Of a stretch of DNA of 64,000 nt, positions 39,948-54,004 are shown piece by piece. A model generated the notes under the pieces. The model was not told the origin of the DNA. It ran no database searches and was given only the letters and a program-made list of their open reading frames with translations. The position numbers were made by a program, and so were the translations under genes. This DNA is from Octopus sinensis (Eukaryota): NCBI RefSeq assembly GCF_006345805.1, contig NC_042998.1, positions 53,320,001-53,384,000 of the forward strand. The letters are read 5' to 3'. Every line of letters begins with the position of its first letter. The stretch's first letter is position 1.

Positions 39948-42049
39948 TGCTTTTTTTTTTCAGTCATAGAGTTAGATTTATGAAGGTCTTCAGTAGAAAA
40001 TCCTTCGAATTCTGACTCGCTGCTTGATATAATGAAATTCGTTTCCATTTTTTGTCAGAATTACAAATTTTGAAAACACAATAGGAACAAATTTCGGAAA
40101 AAAATCTCCCATAATTCACGGAATTAAAATTACACTTCGATTTTTGTACAAAACTGTATTTGAAGTGTTTACGAAGTATAATACGTGTTTTCACGAATGT
40201 ACTAAAGAGATTTACTCTGATATTCTCATTTAAATATGAATAGGTAAATTCAGGCGGTTTGGTAACGAAAGGGTTTATATAAGTGTCGTCTGTTTATACA
40301 TAAACACTGTTTCATAGTTTCAGTTTAGTCTTCCTCAAATCACTGTCGCTAATTTACTCTCTTCCAAGAACATTTTCACTCACTGTTATCTGTTAGCTTC
40401 CCATACATTTTACTCATGTATCTATCAGCGTGATAGAGAGAAACAAATATTACATTTACTTTCATTTTATTCGTTGCCCACTGTGTGTGTGCGTTTGCGT
40501 GTGGTGTAAACCAGACTAAGAAAAGCATTTGACACACACACCAGAATGTGAGTTTTCTGTAAATTTTGCTGAATTGGAGTTTAAATTTTAAAAACTGGAC
40601 CTGGCATGACGCGATGCATTGTACTCTTAAAACTGCTAGGTAAATTGTAATTGAAGAAATCCTATATTGTAGATTTCTATAACTCCCAAAGGGAGGCAGA
40701 TAAAATCTGCCTTTTATAATAAGAGATACACACATAAAGATAAGCATATTAAAATGGGTCTGCGAGAAAACTCATTTAAATAAAAGGGTTGGAAACCAGT
40801 GTAAAAAGGTTGAGAACCATCGGCATAACACAAAACTAGTAGTGGTCTCAGGTGGCTTGGTATCAAAAGATTTAAAATATATAGAAATATATTTCATGTA
40901 AGTGAAAGCGGAAACATTAATATTGCTTTGGGAAAAAAAAGTCAAACGATACTGTGTGACAACTTATATATATATTTATTAAACGCTAAACAAATACCGT
41001 GCAGTGAACGAACCAATATGATCTCGGGATTAACGTCTTCAAGCACTGCGTATTTCCATTTGCCTCTCGATAATCTGAAATTGATTTCATATTAGTCTCC
41101 GTTACTCGGCCGTGAGGGTAACCAACATGAACCTGATTTTTTATATACTACTACTATGACGATGGCGGCGGTGGAGGTAATAAAATGCGATAAACAAATA
41201 AATAAATGTTTTGAGGAGATAATCTGAAATCGTATGGGTTCCAAATAAAATTACCTTCCTGTTATCACCTTGGATTAGCTGGAAATCGATTTCATCCAAC
41301 CTCACAGCAACCTGTACACGATTTCATGTTAAGCAGGAAGTAAAGTGAATTCGAAGGCAATTTGACATTGCTACACTGGAAGAATTAATTTTCGATATTC
41401 AACTGATTTTGCTTTAAGTTCTTTACACAAATTCTTCCAGGTCTGCTTCACTTTTTATCATTGAGAGATCACTGAAATAAACAACAGCGACTGAATTCAC
41501 TGCAGGTAATCAATCAACAGGCGCTGGGATCGATTAATTCGATTAGATATCTTTAGAATGTGTTGCGTTATGTTTATGTGCGAAATCGTTATACGAATTT
41601 AAAGTCATGGGATTTGTTCGTCCATGCAAAGCAAATAAGTGCGCGCACGCATTCACTTGCGTACGTATGTGCACGCATTCACTTGCGTACGTACGTGCAC
41701 GTAATAAATCATTGTATGCAGACGTAGAAATGAAACAGGAGGGGTGAGGGAGTATGGAATTACAATATAAGTATTGATGGGGTCAATGGGAACAACAATC
41801 TTAATACATGTATCAACGGAAGAAAAAGAAGAAAACAACAGGCGTAGCTGAGTAGTGAGAAATTTGCTTCCCAACCACATGTTCCTGGGTTCAGTCCCAC
41901 TGCGTGGCACATCAGGCAAGTGTCTGCTACTGTAGCGTGAGTGAATTAAGTAGACAGAAATTGAATGAAGCTAGTCGTACATGCGTGCGTGAATGTGTCT
42001 ATATATGTGTGTGTATGTGTTATTTTGTGTCTGTGTTTGTCCACCACTA

Positions 42050-42467
42050 CCTATTTCTTTACTACCCACAAGGGGCTAAACACAGAGAGGACAAACAAGG
42101 GCAGACAACCGGATTAAGTCGATTATATCTTCCCCAGTGCGTAACTGGTACTTATTTAATCGACCCCGAAAGGATGAAAGGCAAAGTCGGCCTCGGCGGA
42201 ATTTGAACTCAGAACGTAACGGCGGACGAAATACCTATTTCTTTACTACCCACAAGGTGCTAAACATAGAGTGGACAAACAAGGACAGTCATAGGTATTA
42301 AGTCGATTACATCGACCCTAGTGCGTAACTGGTGCTTAATTTATCGACCCCGAAAGGATGAAAGGAAAGCCGACCTCGGCGGAATTTGAACTCAGAACGT
42401 AACGGCAGACGAAATACGGCTACGCATTTCGCCCGGCGTGCTAACGTTTCTGCCAGCTCGCCGCCTT
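42050..42467 (-). mobile_element. SINE family 3 dimer nested in a family 2 SINE
   Basis: Flanked by the duplication TTTGTCCAC(C/T)ACTACC. Confidence 0.85.
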
Positions 42468-42860
42468 CATTTGTCCACTACTACCGCTTGACAACCAGTG
42501 ATGGTGTATTTACGCATCCGTATCATAGCGGATCGGCAAAAAGGTCCAACAGAATAAGTACCACACTTTTAAAATAAAGCGCTGGGGTCGATTCGTTCTA
42601 CTAAAATTCTTCATGGCGGTGCCTCAGTATGGCTGCAGTCTAATGACAGCAAATAACAGATAAGAAATAACCAATAACAGTAATTGTATGTAGTATACGA
42701 ACAGAGTATAAAGATACAGATAAGAGTAATATATAAATCCTGGGATAAGGTAAAATAGATAACTAATCTTGAGGAAAGCCGGGTCGTAAAATTGACTTCT
42801 CAGTCATGATAGGATGATGGTGATGGTGTTCCGAGCAAGCAGACAGTGCTTATTGAAGTA

Positions 42861-43770
42861 GTGTAAATCCTCGAGTATAGTCCGCCCTTGAGTATAATAC
42901 GCAGGGGATTTTTAGGGGACTGTGCCTCTGAAAAACCTAAACCTTGTGTATAATACGCACCCCTTCTCTAACTTGAGTCAAGGAGGTCTATATAACGTTC
43001 TTGGTTTGTAAAAATGTATACGGTAACGTCCTTTATTATTATCTTTATATATAAAAGTGAAGTTGTGTGTCTGTCTCCTACGATTTAGATTCCTAACTAC
43101 TCCCACATTTTGCGGTGCAGTTTAACCAAAACCGGGTATCTTATAGTCGTGATTCATATCGAGCCCTTCTGGGTATTAGTGCGCGTCTACGATGAGTCTA
43201 CGATTAAAAAAAAAATTTACCATCATTTTTTTCCATTTTAATGCATTTTTTCGCTATTATATAAGGGAAGTAACTCTCTAAAATTGTCTACGATGAGTCA
43301 ACGATTAAAAAAAAAAAATTACCATAATTTTTTTTCCATTTTTAATGCATTTTTTGGCTATCTTTTGGCTATAACTCTCTAAAAATGCTTATATAGTTAT
43401 TTCCCTTACAAACCCGAGCAACGCCGGGCGATACTGCAAGTTTTATATATAACATAATGCAAACGTGTAGCATTTTTCTGCATTTTGTTTGCAGAAAATA
43501 AAGAAATAACAGTAATAACGTTTAAGAAATGTTGCTTACAGCAAGTTATAGATGATTCTTTTATGACGTCATTGCTTTCAGGCTTAGCTTAAGGTATTTT
43601 CGTGCCTTACATCACAAAATGCGTCTGAATAAACATAGCCAGACAGCAAATAGAGACTCGGACATTGCTTAGAAAATAATTTTCCCTTTTAACTTCGTAT
43701 ATAGTACGCACTAGGGATTTTGACCTTTAAATTTTTGGAAAAAATGCGGATTATACTCGAGGATTTACGG
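42861..43770. mobile_element. pogo/Tigger-like MITE
   Basis: TIRs GTAAATCCTCGAGTATAGTCCGC and GCGGATTATACTCGAGGATTTACGG, with TA flanks. Confidence 0.85.
43042..43440 (+). mobile_element. Non-autonomous Helitron, family A, nested in a pogo-like MITE
   Basis: A|TCTTTATATA...CCCGAGCAACGCCGGG..ATACTGCAAG|T (terminal CTAG changed to CAAG). Confidence 0.85.
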
Positions 43771-43889
43771 TAGTTGTCGTATTACAGCGGTCGACTTGAC
43801 TTCCATCGCTAATAAAGACGCCTGTAAATCACACTAATGTTAAACATGAGTTTAAATAACTAAACCCTCTCATTATGTTTCAACGCACA

Positions 43890-44515
43890 AAGCGGTGAGT
43901 TGGCAAAAACGTTAGTACGCCGGGCGAAATGCTTAGTGGTATTTCGTCTGCCGCTACGTTCTGAGTTCAAATTCCCCTTTCGGGGTCGATTAAATAAGTA
44001 CCAGTCACGCACTGGGGTCGATATAATCGACTTAATCCGTTTGTCTGTCCTTGTTTGTCCTCTCTGTGTTTAGCCCCTTGTGGGTAGTAAAGAAATAGGT
44101 ATTTCGTCTGTCTTTACGTTCTGAGTTCAAATTCCGCCGAAGTCTACTTTACTTTTGTCCTTGATAAATTAAGTACCTATTTCTTTGCGTACTGGGGTCG
44201 ATCTAGTCGACTGACCACCTTCCCCCAAAATTTCGGTCCTTGTGCCTAGAGTAGAAAAGAAACGTTAGCACGCCGGGCGAAATGCTTAGAAATATTTCGT
44301 CTGTCTTTACGTTCTGAGTTCAAATTCCTCCGAGGTCGACTTTGCCTTTCATCCTTTCGGGCTCGATTAAATAAGTACCAGTTACACACTGGGATCTATG
44401 TAATCGACTTAATCGCTTTGCCTGTCCTTGTTTGTCCCCTCTTTGTTTAGCCCCCAGTGGGCAATAAAGAAATATATAACACTAAAACGCACAAGGCGGT
44501 GAGCTGGCAGAAACG
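43890..44515 (+). mobile_element. SINE family 3, multimeric
   Basis: Three core units. AACGCACAA plus the head sequence recurs at about 44487. Confidence 0.85.
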
Positions 44516-44816
44516 TAAAACGTACTGTGTACAAACGAAATATACACCGCCGAAAGTTGTTGTTGACAAACAACAGCAGTAACCTTATTGAGCTCAACAG
44601 ACATCATTCATTGGTTGAAATTACCCAAACACGACAACTTTAACACGAAATTACTTCGAAAATACAAACTTTTCTCAACAACGCTAAAGGAAAAGATGTT
44701 CTATATGACACATTCTACCAGTATCCGAAGTCTGAAAGTGTTTGGTTACTAAAAAGTTAATTTATCGACCTGCCGATCAAAAGGAAAAGATCCAGATATT
44801 GTATTATACACGTAGT

Positions 44817-45150
44817 GGAGGCACAATGGCCCAGTGGTTAGAGCAGCGGACTCGCGGCCCGAGGATCGCGGTTTCGATTCCCAGACCGGGCATTGTTAGT
44901 GTTTATTGAGTGAAAACATCTAAAGTTCCACGAGGCTCCGGCAGGGGATGGTGGCGAATCCCACCCTTTCTTGCTGTTTCACTTGTACCTGTATTTCAAA
45001 GGGCCAGCCTTGTCACACCGTGTCACGCTGAATCTCCCTAAGAACTACATTAAGGGTACACGTGTCTGTGGCGTGCTCGCTGTGGAGTGCTCAGGCTGTT
45101 CCGTTGATCGGATCAACTGGAAGCCTCGTCGTTGCAACCGACGGAGTGCC
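44817..45150 (+). mobile_element. tRNA-derived SINE, family 1
   Basis: Homologous to 25140-25525 with internal deletions. Confidence 0.85.
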
Positions 45151-46212
45151 ACCAATTATACACGTTATGTTAGTTGTTTAATGTGGTGAACTATATTGAG
45201 CTGCAGTGAAACTGGTTATTTGCCGTGTATACACAATACATCATAACATTGTGTGCATGTGCGTGTGTGCTTACGCACGTGTATATATAAATTGTCAATT
45301 AATTTATTACCTAATAAAGGAAATTTCAAAGACTCCACTCGTACACGGAAGCAAATGAAGAGCATTCATTATTAAATTTGCTTGGTGACATCCGCCACCT
45401 GTTAACAGCAATATTTTGCGGCTATAATAAAACGTAACTTATTTTATTTTCTCTTTTCAATTTTCAGTTAAAATGTTGTTCTATCAAATCTCTAACATAA
45501 TTTAAATTGAAATTAAGGCTATTGACTGTATTGTTTAACTGCACGAGAAGAGAACTAAACAGAAATGGTTACGGTTATAAGAAAGTAAAATACAGCATTT
45601 CCAATAAGTAGGCGAAGGCGTGACTTTGTGGTAAGAAGCTTATTTCCCAACCACATGGTTCCGGGTTCAGTCTCAATGTGGGACTTTGGGCGAGTGTCTT
45701 CTCTTCTACTGTAGCCCCGAGCCGACCAAAGGAAAAGGCGTGGCTGTGTGATAAGAAGCTTGCTTCCTTGCTACATAGTTCAGGATTCAGTTCCACTGTG
45801 TGGCACTTTGGGCAAGTGTCTTCTTCTATAGCCTCAGCATGGCCGCAATCCAATGATTGAAACAAGTAAAAGATAAAGGACAAAGAAAATAGCTGACAAC
45901 ATCATTATTGAACATTGGTTCCTATACTGGGTGGATGTGTTTCCTTTTGGGCGTCACCTTACAGGCTCACAGAAAGAAAAACATATTAAGATGATACTTT
46001 GTGAGTTTTTGGGCGTTTAGAGGAGTGGAGATTTTTTCTAGAAATGAAATATTTAAACCAGATACGATACGTAAATTTTAAACACAATTTCGCATAATGT
46101 TTTGTTGGTGTCTATATATGAGTCGGATATTGTTATCAGTGAGCAGATACATGACTTATGACGCGCTTGTATCATTTGATATTCTAATATAAGTCCTTTA
46201 CTTCTTTGATAA

Positions 46213-47637
46213 CACTGGTCAACACATATTTTCTGGCACAAGGTTTATACACGATCCTTAACTAATTTTGGGGTGCTGAATCCAAATCTGGCATCAGATT
46301 TTATCTATCCCATCAGATTTTTGAGGTAGAAAATCTAGAAACAGCTATTTAATGCTCATAAAGGGAGAATTAAACATACGTAGATGCAATTTTTAATAGA
46401 CAGCGAGCTAGCAGAAACGTTAGCGCGCCTGGTGACATGCTAAACGGTATTTCACCTGTGTTTACATTTGATAGGCGGTGCTCCAGCATGGCTGCAGTCA
46501 AATGACTGAAACAAGTAAAAGAGTAAAAGAGTAAGACAATATGTATTTTTTTAATCTAATAAATCAAAACACGAAGTTGTATGTGTAAATGCACCTTAGC
46601 ATGTTAGAATTAAGCTTGGTGATAACAAAATATGAATACAAAATCTCTCTTCATTTTGGTCATTCATTCTGATCATATTACTGCAAAAACTTCCTTTTTT
46701 TATTTTACGACCTCTTGCACAAGGCCTCTGGAATGTCTCTCATCAAGCTCCATGTTTAAGTCCCATCGGCCTTGGTAGCGTTCTTCCATTACTTTTACAT
46801 CTTGATGAAATCATTCACCTTGTTCTTCACTAACATCACCCACGTTCTCTGAAAATTCACACAAGTGACTGCGTAAGTAGTGCATTTTAATGCCCATTCT
46901 ACATCCGAATGCTTGCAAACACAAGACCAGCTCCTCCATAATCTCTTGATTGTTGTCCGCTTTCCTGTTCTCAAGGAAATTCTGCACCACATTAGAGAAA
47001 GCATACCAAGTTCTAGCCTCAGCCGCACTCATTGTTGTAACAAAATGTAGATTCACTGAGACTTGGAAAGGTACATATATATCTGAATCAGTTTCCACGG
47101 TGATCAAGAGCTTTGATGAATTGCTTCATCGCACCAATTTTCAACACAGGTTTTGCAAACTTTGTGGGGAACCCAGGTTTTGTCCTGGTCTCCAAGTGCT
47201 ACTTTAAAGTAAGCGAGATACACCTTCTTGACAAAGTTATTAATGATGTGCATTTGAGCCTGTGGAGTGGAGTTTCCACAGATGTAACAGAACATATCGT
47301 GGTCATTACAACACGTCCTTCCCTTTGATGTTGTATCATAACTAGAATGCAGTGGTTCAGTTCACCACTGAAAAGAAAAAAATAGGGTTTTAAAGAAAAC
47401 CTCAGCTTGAACATATTCAAAATTAGTAAGACAATCCAACCAAAATTCTCGCAAATAGTGGTGTAAAGTTAACTTTTGGTATGCTGCAGGTAAATAAAGG
47501 TATATTTCAACGGCATAAAAGTGTGATGTAATAGAACAAATCTGAGGCCAGTTATGGAATCAGCAGCCAAAAAATTAGTCTAAAACAGCTCTAAGATTTT
47601 ATGCCGGAGAATAAAAGTTTTATTTTGTTGACCCGTG
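46213..47637 (-). mobile_element. Internally deleted Tc4-like DNA transposon
   Basis: TIRs CACTGGTCAACA and TGTTGACCCGTG, with TAA on both flanks. Transposase remnants FCYICG..GDQDKTWVPHKVC and KMHYLRSHL..GDVSEEQGE. SINE pieces inside. The Tc4 label rests on the 3-bp TNA TSD. Confidence 0.8.
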
Positions 47638-49599
47638 TAATTTAATTTTTTGTCTTTTGTCTTTTATTAGTTTCAGTCAGTGGACTGCGGCCTCTGATTG
47701 ACCTTGGTATTTAATTTTTTCTAAAGTCTGGTACTTATTTTATTGGACCCTAATATCGAATTGCTAAGTTACGAGAACGTGAACAAATCAACACCGTTTG
47801 TCAAGCGTGTCGATGTGTGCGTTTTTGTGTTTGTCCCCTCTCACCAATCTATCAACTTGCAACAGCAATAATAGTATCAGCGTTATAGCAATGTCTATAG
47901 TTCCATATGTTGAATGCCACATGATGTATGAGCGTGTGTGATGGATAAAGAGCAGACATTGCCCATTTTTACTGATATTTCACCATCATGCGTGCCTCCT
48001 GAGCGACCATCTAGAAGTGAAAATAATGGTAACGCTGTAGAAACGAAAACATGTCATTAAATCTGCTTCAAAAACGTGTCAATTATTTGTTCTGAGTTGT
48101 CAATACAACAAGTCCAGTAAACGTGGAATTAGTTTATGCCTATATAAGTTGAACCAGTAATGTAGCACAACGCAGTTTATGCTTTATTTTCTCACTTTAA
48201 ACTTTAAACTTCAGCGGTTCTGAAAATCCACTGCTCTGGCACCTAACTGGTCTAAAGTTTACCGGATTAGAGGGATCCAACTTATTGTCGTGTGTGAAAT
48301 TATATTACGTGTGAAACTATAATATGATGGATACAGCATATTATTATTTCGTGTTTGTATAGCTTACTGCGATTTTCGTAATTCCGTGCATTCTTATGAC
48401 ATTTTCAGTATCAACCAGTAATGATCAAACCAGGTGACACATGGTTTGAGTTGTTCCACGTTCAGTGAAAGATGTAATAATAATATGCTCTAGGACCAAA
48501 ACTATTTCTCAAATTAATTAATCTATAAATTATGAAACATTAATTTGTTAATTATCTAGCTAATAAAAATAATTGGTTTGAGGCTAGCATCCTATTGAAG
48601 TGAATGTATCTGTTCAATTATACATACACAGAAATTCTTGACCCTGACATATCACTGACAAAGAAAGAACATCATTTTAAAAGAAATATTCGAGCGATCT
48701 TACACTTAAATCAGAGTAGGGTACACGTAAATAGTTACGATAGAAGAAAGTTATTGACATTAAGTTTGAGTAGATTAATTCAAATTATGCAATAGAAACA
48801 GTTCTATGATGTAAACATTAGTAATATCACATACTTAATGTACGTGTATTGTTTAAACACCAGAAGCTGCAGGTTTGCGTCAGGGAAAAATCTCTAAAGA
48901 AATTAAATATGTAGTACTGGTAATGTTTACAGTTTAGAGCTGATTCTATTGTCTAATTTAAATTTATTCTACCTCTGCGACGCAACTGAAAATCGGCAAT
49001 TAGTTTATACGCTATCCGTTTATACTTCTGACTAACGATTCTGGTTTCGTTTCGGAAATTAGGCCCGTGCGCAGCCTTGATAAGCCGCAATTATGGCAAA
49101 GTACTGTATCTGCCGCTCTCGTCTTCATTTCTGGGGTAATTTCGCTTCTCCTAGTTCTGAGATATGCTGTGTTTTCCAGGAAGAAAAACCGCAGCTTCTG
49201 GCATTTAAACAACACTCATATGTTAGATATACGATATTAGTAAGTTTGAGTATTTGATATGATAATAATACAATAACTTAATTTGTTACTTTTAAACTCC
49301 ACAAACTTATATGATTTGTATTGAGGCACCCGTTTCTATTTACTTGCAGAGTAGTTCTTATCAAAATTTAACCAGAGAATCGTTAACATAAACTTTCAAA
49401 TAAATACCAGATAACCTCTTGAATGACAACTAATCTGCGTAAAAGGAGATAATTTAATTGTACAATTTAAATGTTTCTCTATAGTCAGAATGAGGAACTA
49501 GTATTGAGCTAAAAGATCACGACACACGAATCGAGAGATACAGACCTTAAGGTTTCGTCTCGTGCAACTCTGTATTTCCTTTTCTTATTTCATGCGCCA

Positions 49600-51110
49600 C
49601 TATCTACGACTAATAATTAACTTTGGTTACTATTAGATTTAGGATTACCAGAAGTCTTTTTTATTTGGACAAAGCTGTCTCTGGTTTCGTGAGTATGCTG
49701 TTGCTTGTTTCGTGTAAGCTAGGCTGCGTGTTATGCATACATTAATATAATAGAATTTATTTATTGTAAGATTTATTGAACATGTTTATATAAACCTGGC
49801 AACTCAAAAACGTGAGGTTCAATTTTAGGTCTTTCTTCAAAGCTGTTCTGGAATTCGTAGAATTCCTCCAAAGATTTATTTGATGCAGTTACACGTGGCT
49901 TGAATTTCATTTTTGCTTATACTGGTGAGTACAGTATTTCGGAATCGAAACACGAACATCATCTAAATCAGCTTTTTACTAGATTAGCACATTACCGAGT
50001 GGCTTTCCTTGGAGGTTCATCTTCGAAACTTTTTGGACCGCATCATTTAATCACTAAGAAAGAAACGATAGATGAAATTCTATAGTTTCCAGCTTCCATT
50101 TCGTTACGAAAATTACGTGAATTTCTAGGTTATGTGAAGTTTTAGAGACCTTTTCATTCCGCAATGCGTTGAATTGCTATGGAATCGGAAAAGAGAAAAA
50201 AAAGAACATTCCTTTAACACTGGAAGAATTATGATCGTTTGACGATGATACCACGGACAAATTACCCAAATCTTCTTCATTGACTTACCCGATACCTTGT
50301 GCATCTTCCTCTGCTAGCGGATGCTTCGGACATTGGTATCGGTGGGGTTTCAGAACAATTTATTTAGTATTCCTGGCATTCTTTTTCTCGAGGCGCTTAA
50401 AACCGGTTGAAACTATATATCGTACCTTCGGTCGAAATTTGTTAGTAGCATATTTATCTATTAAGTATCGTCGTCATTTTCTGGAAGGATAAAACTTATG
50501 TCATGACCATAACTAAACTTTTAACGTTTTACTCTTCAATATAAACTGGATAAACATTTTCCAAGGGAAATTAGATTCCTAGATCGCAGTTTACTGTTGA
50601 TATTCATTATACCAAGGACTCCAATAATGGCTTCAAATTTCATGTGAAAAAAGCCAGCAATTTCATCTGATGGGACAAGTCGATTACATCGGCTCCATTG
50701 CTCAACTGGTACATATTTTATCAAGCCCGAAAGGATAAAAGACAAAGTCGACCCCGGTGGCATTTGAACTCAGAACATAAAGTTGGAAGAAATGCCACAA
50801 AGCATTTTGTCCGGCGTGGTAATGATTCTGTCAGCACACTGCTTTAAAGAGGTCTAATAATGGCGCAGCTATGCTTTATCCCAAGTTTCTATGAATTTTC
50901 TGTATTCTAATGATTCTTTTCATTTGGAAAAATAGCTATAAACCAAGAAGCAGATGGAAAACTATTTCGCTTCAAGATTACTGCTCCATCTTCTTTGGAA
51001 TCAAATTTTGCTTCTCTGATTACTTCCACGAAGCATATTGGGTGTGATATTTCTATCGGCCATGAGCGACATTTAGTATCTTCTAAACATAGACGCTAAG
51101 CTTTTCCCCG
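49600..51110 (+). pseudogene. Heavily decayed gypsy pol relic (RT and RNase H), interrupted by a SINE
   Basis: FIFAY...HEHHLNQLFTRL (49900-50085) resembles the RT segment [59 protein letters not shown] (50280-50492) resembles gypsy RNase H. Boundaries approximate. Confidence 0.8.
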
Positions 51111-51264
51111 CGCTTCACCTTATTGACTGAATTTAAAAAGCTTACATTGATGCAAATGCACCTAACACAACTACTTTTTTTGCATAAGACATCAAATCTA
51201 CTTATGCTTATAAAGATACCCTTGCCACGAAAGGCTATTGTTCTTGAAGAAAGACATAACTACT

Positions 51265-51625
51265 ATACTCTTTTACTTGTTTCAGTCCTTTGACTGCGGC
51301 CATGCTGGAGCACCGCCTTTAGTCGAGCAAATCGAACCCGGGACTTATTCTTTGTAAGCCCAGTACTTATTCTATTGGTCTCTTTTGCCGAACCGCTAAG
51401 TGACGGCGACGTAAACACACCAGCATCGGTTGTCAAGCAATGCTAGGGGGACAAACACAGACACACAAACATGCATATACACACATATATATATATACAT
51501 ATATACGACAGGCTTCTTTCAGTTTCCGTCTACTAAATCCACTCACAAGGCTTTGGTCGGCCCAAGATGCCACGCAGTGGGACTGAACCCAGAACCATGT
51601 GGTTGGTAAGCAAGCTACTTACCAC
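51265..51625 (-). mobile_element. SINE family 2
   Basis: Same consensus with an internal deletion. Confidence 0.85.
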
Positions 51626-51679
51626 TCATATGTATAATATATTTCTGTGCTATAACGAGCTGTACATATATTGGATGTC

Positions 51680-52152
51680 GTGTGTTGTAGCTGACTGCTG
51701 CATGTGTAATAAATAAACAACTCACGAACTTTTAACTTATTCATTGCTGGACAATTTGTTGTTTACAAAAGAAAGATACTGATTATATAACCGCTGACTG
51801 GGAGAAGAGAACCGTGCTGTATCATGTAGAAGGCTAGCTGTCGTACATTTTGTGTGAGTGTCCGAAGTCGTTTCTTGCTCGAAGTGGTTCTGTCCGAGTG
51901 CACGATGGGGGTCTGGTCTTAGCAATCTGTCTTCTATGTTTGTCCAGGGTGGTCTACCTGAACGCTCGAGGTGGTCTGACAAAATTGGGCGCCAAACAAT
52001 TTTTATAGGGAGCGAATTTTAGATCCTCCAAGGAGCCATGTCACGCCATAGCTTTATGCTGATTGGTCGATTTATAGATCACTCCCATGAAACTGTGGTG
52101 GCGTGCTTGTGATCACTATCTGAATATTTTGCAGTGGGGTTCGTCTCCCTAC
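51680..52152 (-). mobile_element. Possible LTR-like fragment
   Basis: Minus strand begins TGTAGGGAGACG and has CCAAT and TATA-like boxes in order. No TSD confirmed. Confidence 0.3.
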
Positions 52153-53571
52153 AGTGAATTCAAACTATCGAAATACTGTCAATTTTACGATGCTCCCGCT
52201 ACATACAGCGGGAAATAGTTAACATCCTCTGTTAATTATTTCCTTTCAGAAGGCAGTAAATTCTGTACAAAAATCGAAACGCTTGAAATATAACACGAAA
52301 CAACAACTCTTCATTTGAAAATCCCTTAATTTTTCTGCCTAGCCAACTGTAACCCATTTTGCTCGAGATGCATGGCATATACATACAGATATAACATCAT
52401 ATATCTGTGAAGAAAAAAATTAAAATATGTATAACGTATGTGAACTATATCAATATGAACACATTTTAATACATTTGAATTTTAGATTAATTAAAAGAAG
52501 AGTTCTGTTTTTAACATCTAAAATTCTTAAGAAACAGAAGTATGAAAGAAATGTGGATAGCACGTTCGAAAACATGAACATTCCAGCTTTCAGCAGAGGC
52601 CTCATTGTTTTGAAAGTATGGAAGTAACATGTTGGCGACTAGTCTGTAAGATACTGGAATCAATGAAGCTTAAGATGCGTGATTTCAAACAATGTAGAAA
52701 AGGATGAGAATTGTATTTTGAAAATTCATTTAAAATCTCAGATTTTCAAAATACTCTGTAAAACCATTGTATAAATTCTTTTGTCCTGCAAATAAACTAA
52801 AACTCTAGAAGACTTTTTTTTCTCATATTTTCCTTCAAATATTTTTCATTTCTACAAAGCCCCTATTTTCCAGTAATTAACTTTCAATCATTTTATTAAA
52901 TGAAATCATATTTTTCACTCAATCCATGGATATTAAAATGTGCTACAACAGGCCCAGTGGTCACCGAAACGATTAAAATACGAATGTTAGATTTAATATG
53001 ATAGCATGTCTAATACATTTTAGATAAAAGACGACAGAAAACATAACGCGCCATATTGTCTCCAAAAGAATATGTTGCAACAATGGTAGATGTGCAATAC
53101 TGTGTAATGAAATGAATAATATGGATAATGTATTAGACATTTAATATATCTTCTGTTGTCGATAATTATATCAAATTTCATTCCTCAAATGAATTTTAAT
53201 AGCTCTTAAAAAATCGAATTTTAAAATTCCTCAGTCAAATCGATTATTGTTTATAACCGTAGAAACTAATATACTCTCTTCGTTGAGACAAACGGAGAGA
53301 AGAGAAGACTACAAAACATAAATTTGGTGCCTGGTGGAATTACTGCAAGTTCTGTAGGAATTTATAATGCATCGTTAAGCGTAGGCATGACTGTGTAATT
53401 AAGAAGTTTGCTTTGGAATCACGTGATTTCGAGTTCAGTCCTATTGCACAGCAACTCAGAAAAAAAATGTCTTCTGTCTCAAGCCGAACAATGCTATGTG
53501 AGTGAATTTGTTAAACGGAAACTGTGTGGAAGCGTGTCATGCGTGCGTGTGCGTGTATATATATATGTATG

Positions 53572-53646
<75 letters not shown>

Positions 53647-53708
53647 TATATATACATATAATATACACATATATAACATAATATATATATATATAATATA
53701 TATATATA

Positions 53709-53787
<79 letters not shown>

Positions 53788-54004
53788 TCTTGTTTCAGTT
53801 ATTGAGCCTCGGCCGTGTAGGAGCATTGCCTTGAAAGATTTCAGTCGAACAAATCGACTCCAGTACCTAATTTTTAAAAGTTTGGTACTTATTCTGTCAG
53901 AACATAGCATTGGTCGCCTAGGCATTGCGAGACTAATGACCTGGTGTAGAACTCAATATACATACGCTTTAGAACGAAGTGTTAGACTAGTATAGAATAG
54001 TAAT

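Larger units (their letters stand above)
37130..40726 (-). mobile_element. Helitron family B pieces: a 3' end at 37130 and two 5' ends at 39140-39541 and 40328-40726
   Basis: CTAG plus hairpin at 37130 with a different interior. A ~400-bp direct repeat begins TCTCTTATTATAAAAGG on the minus strand in both 5'-end copies. Confidence 0.6.
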
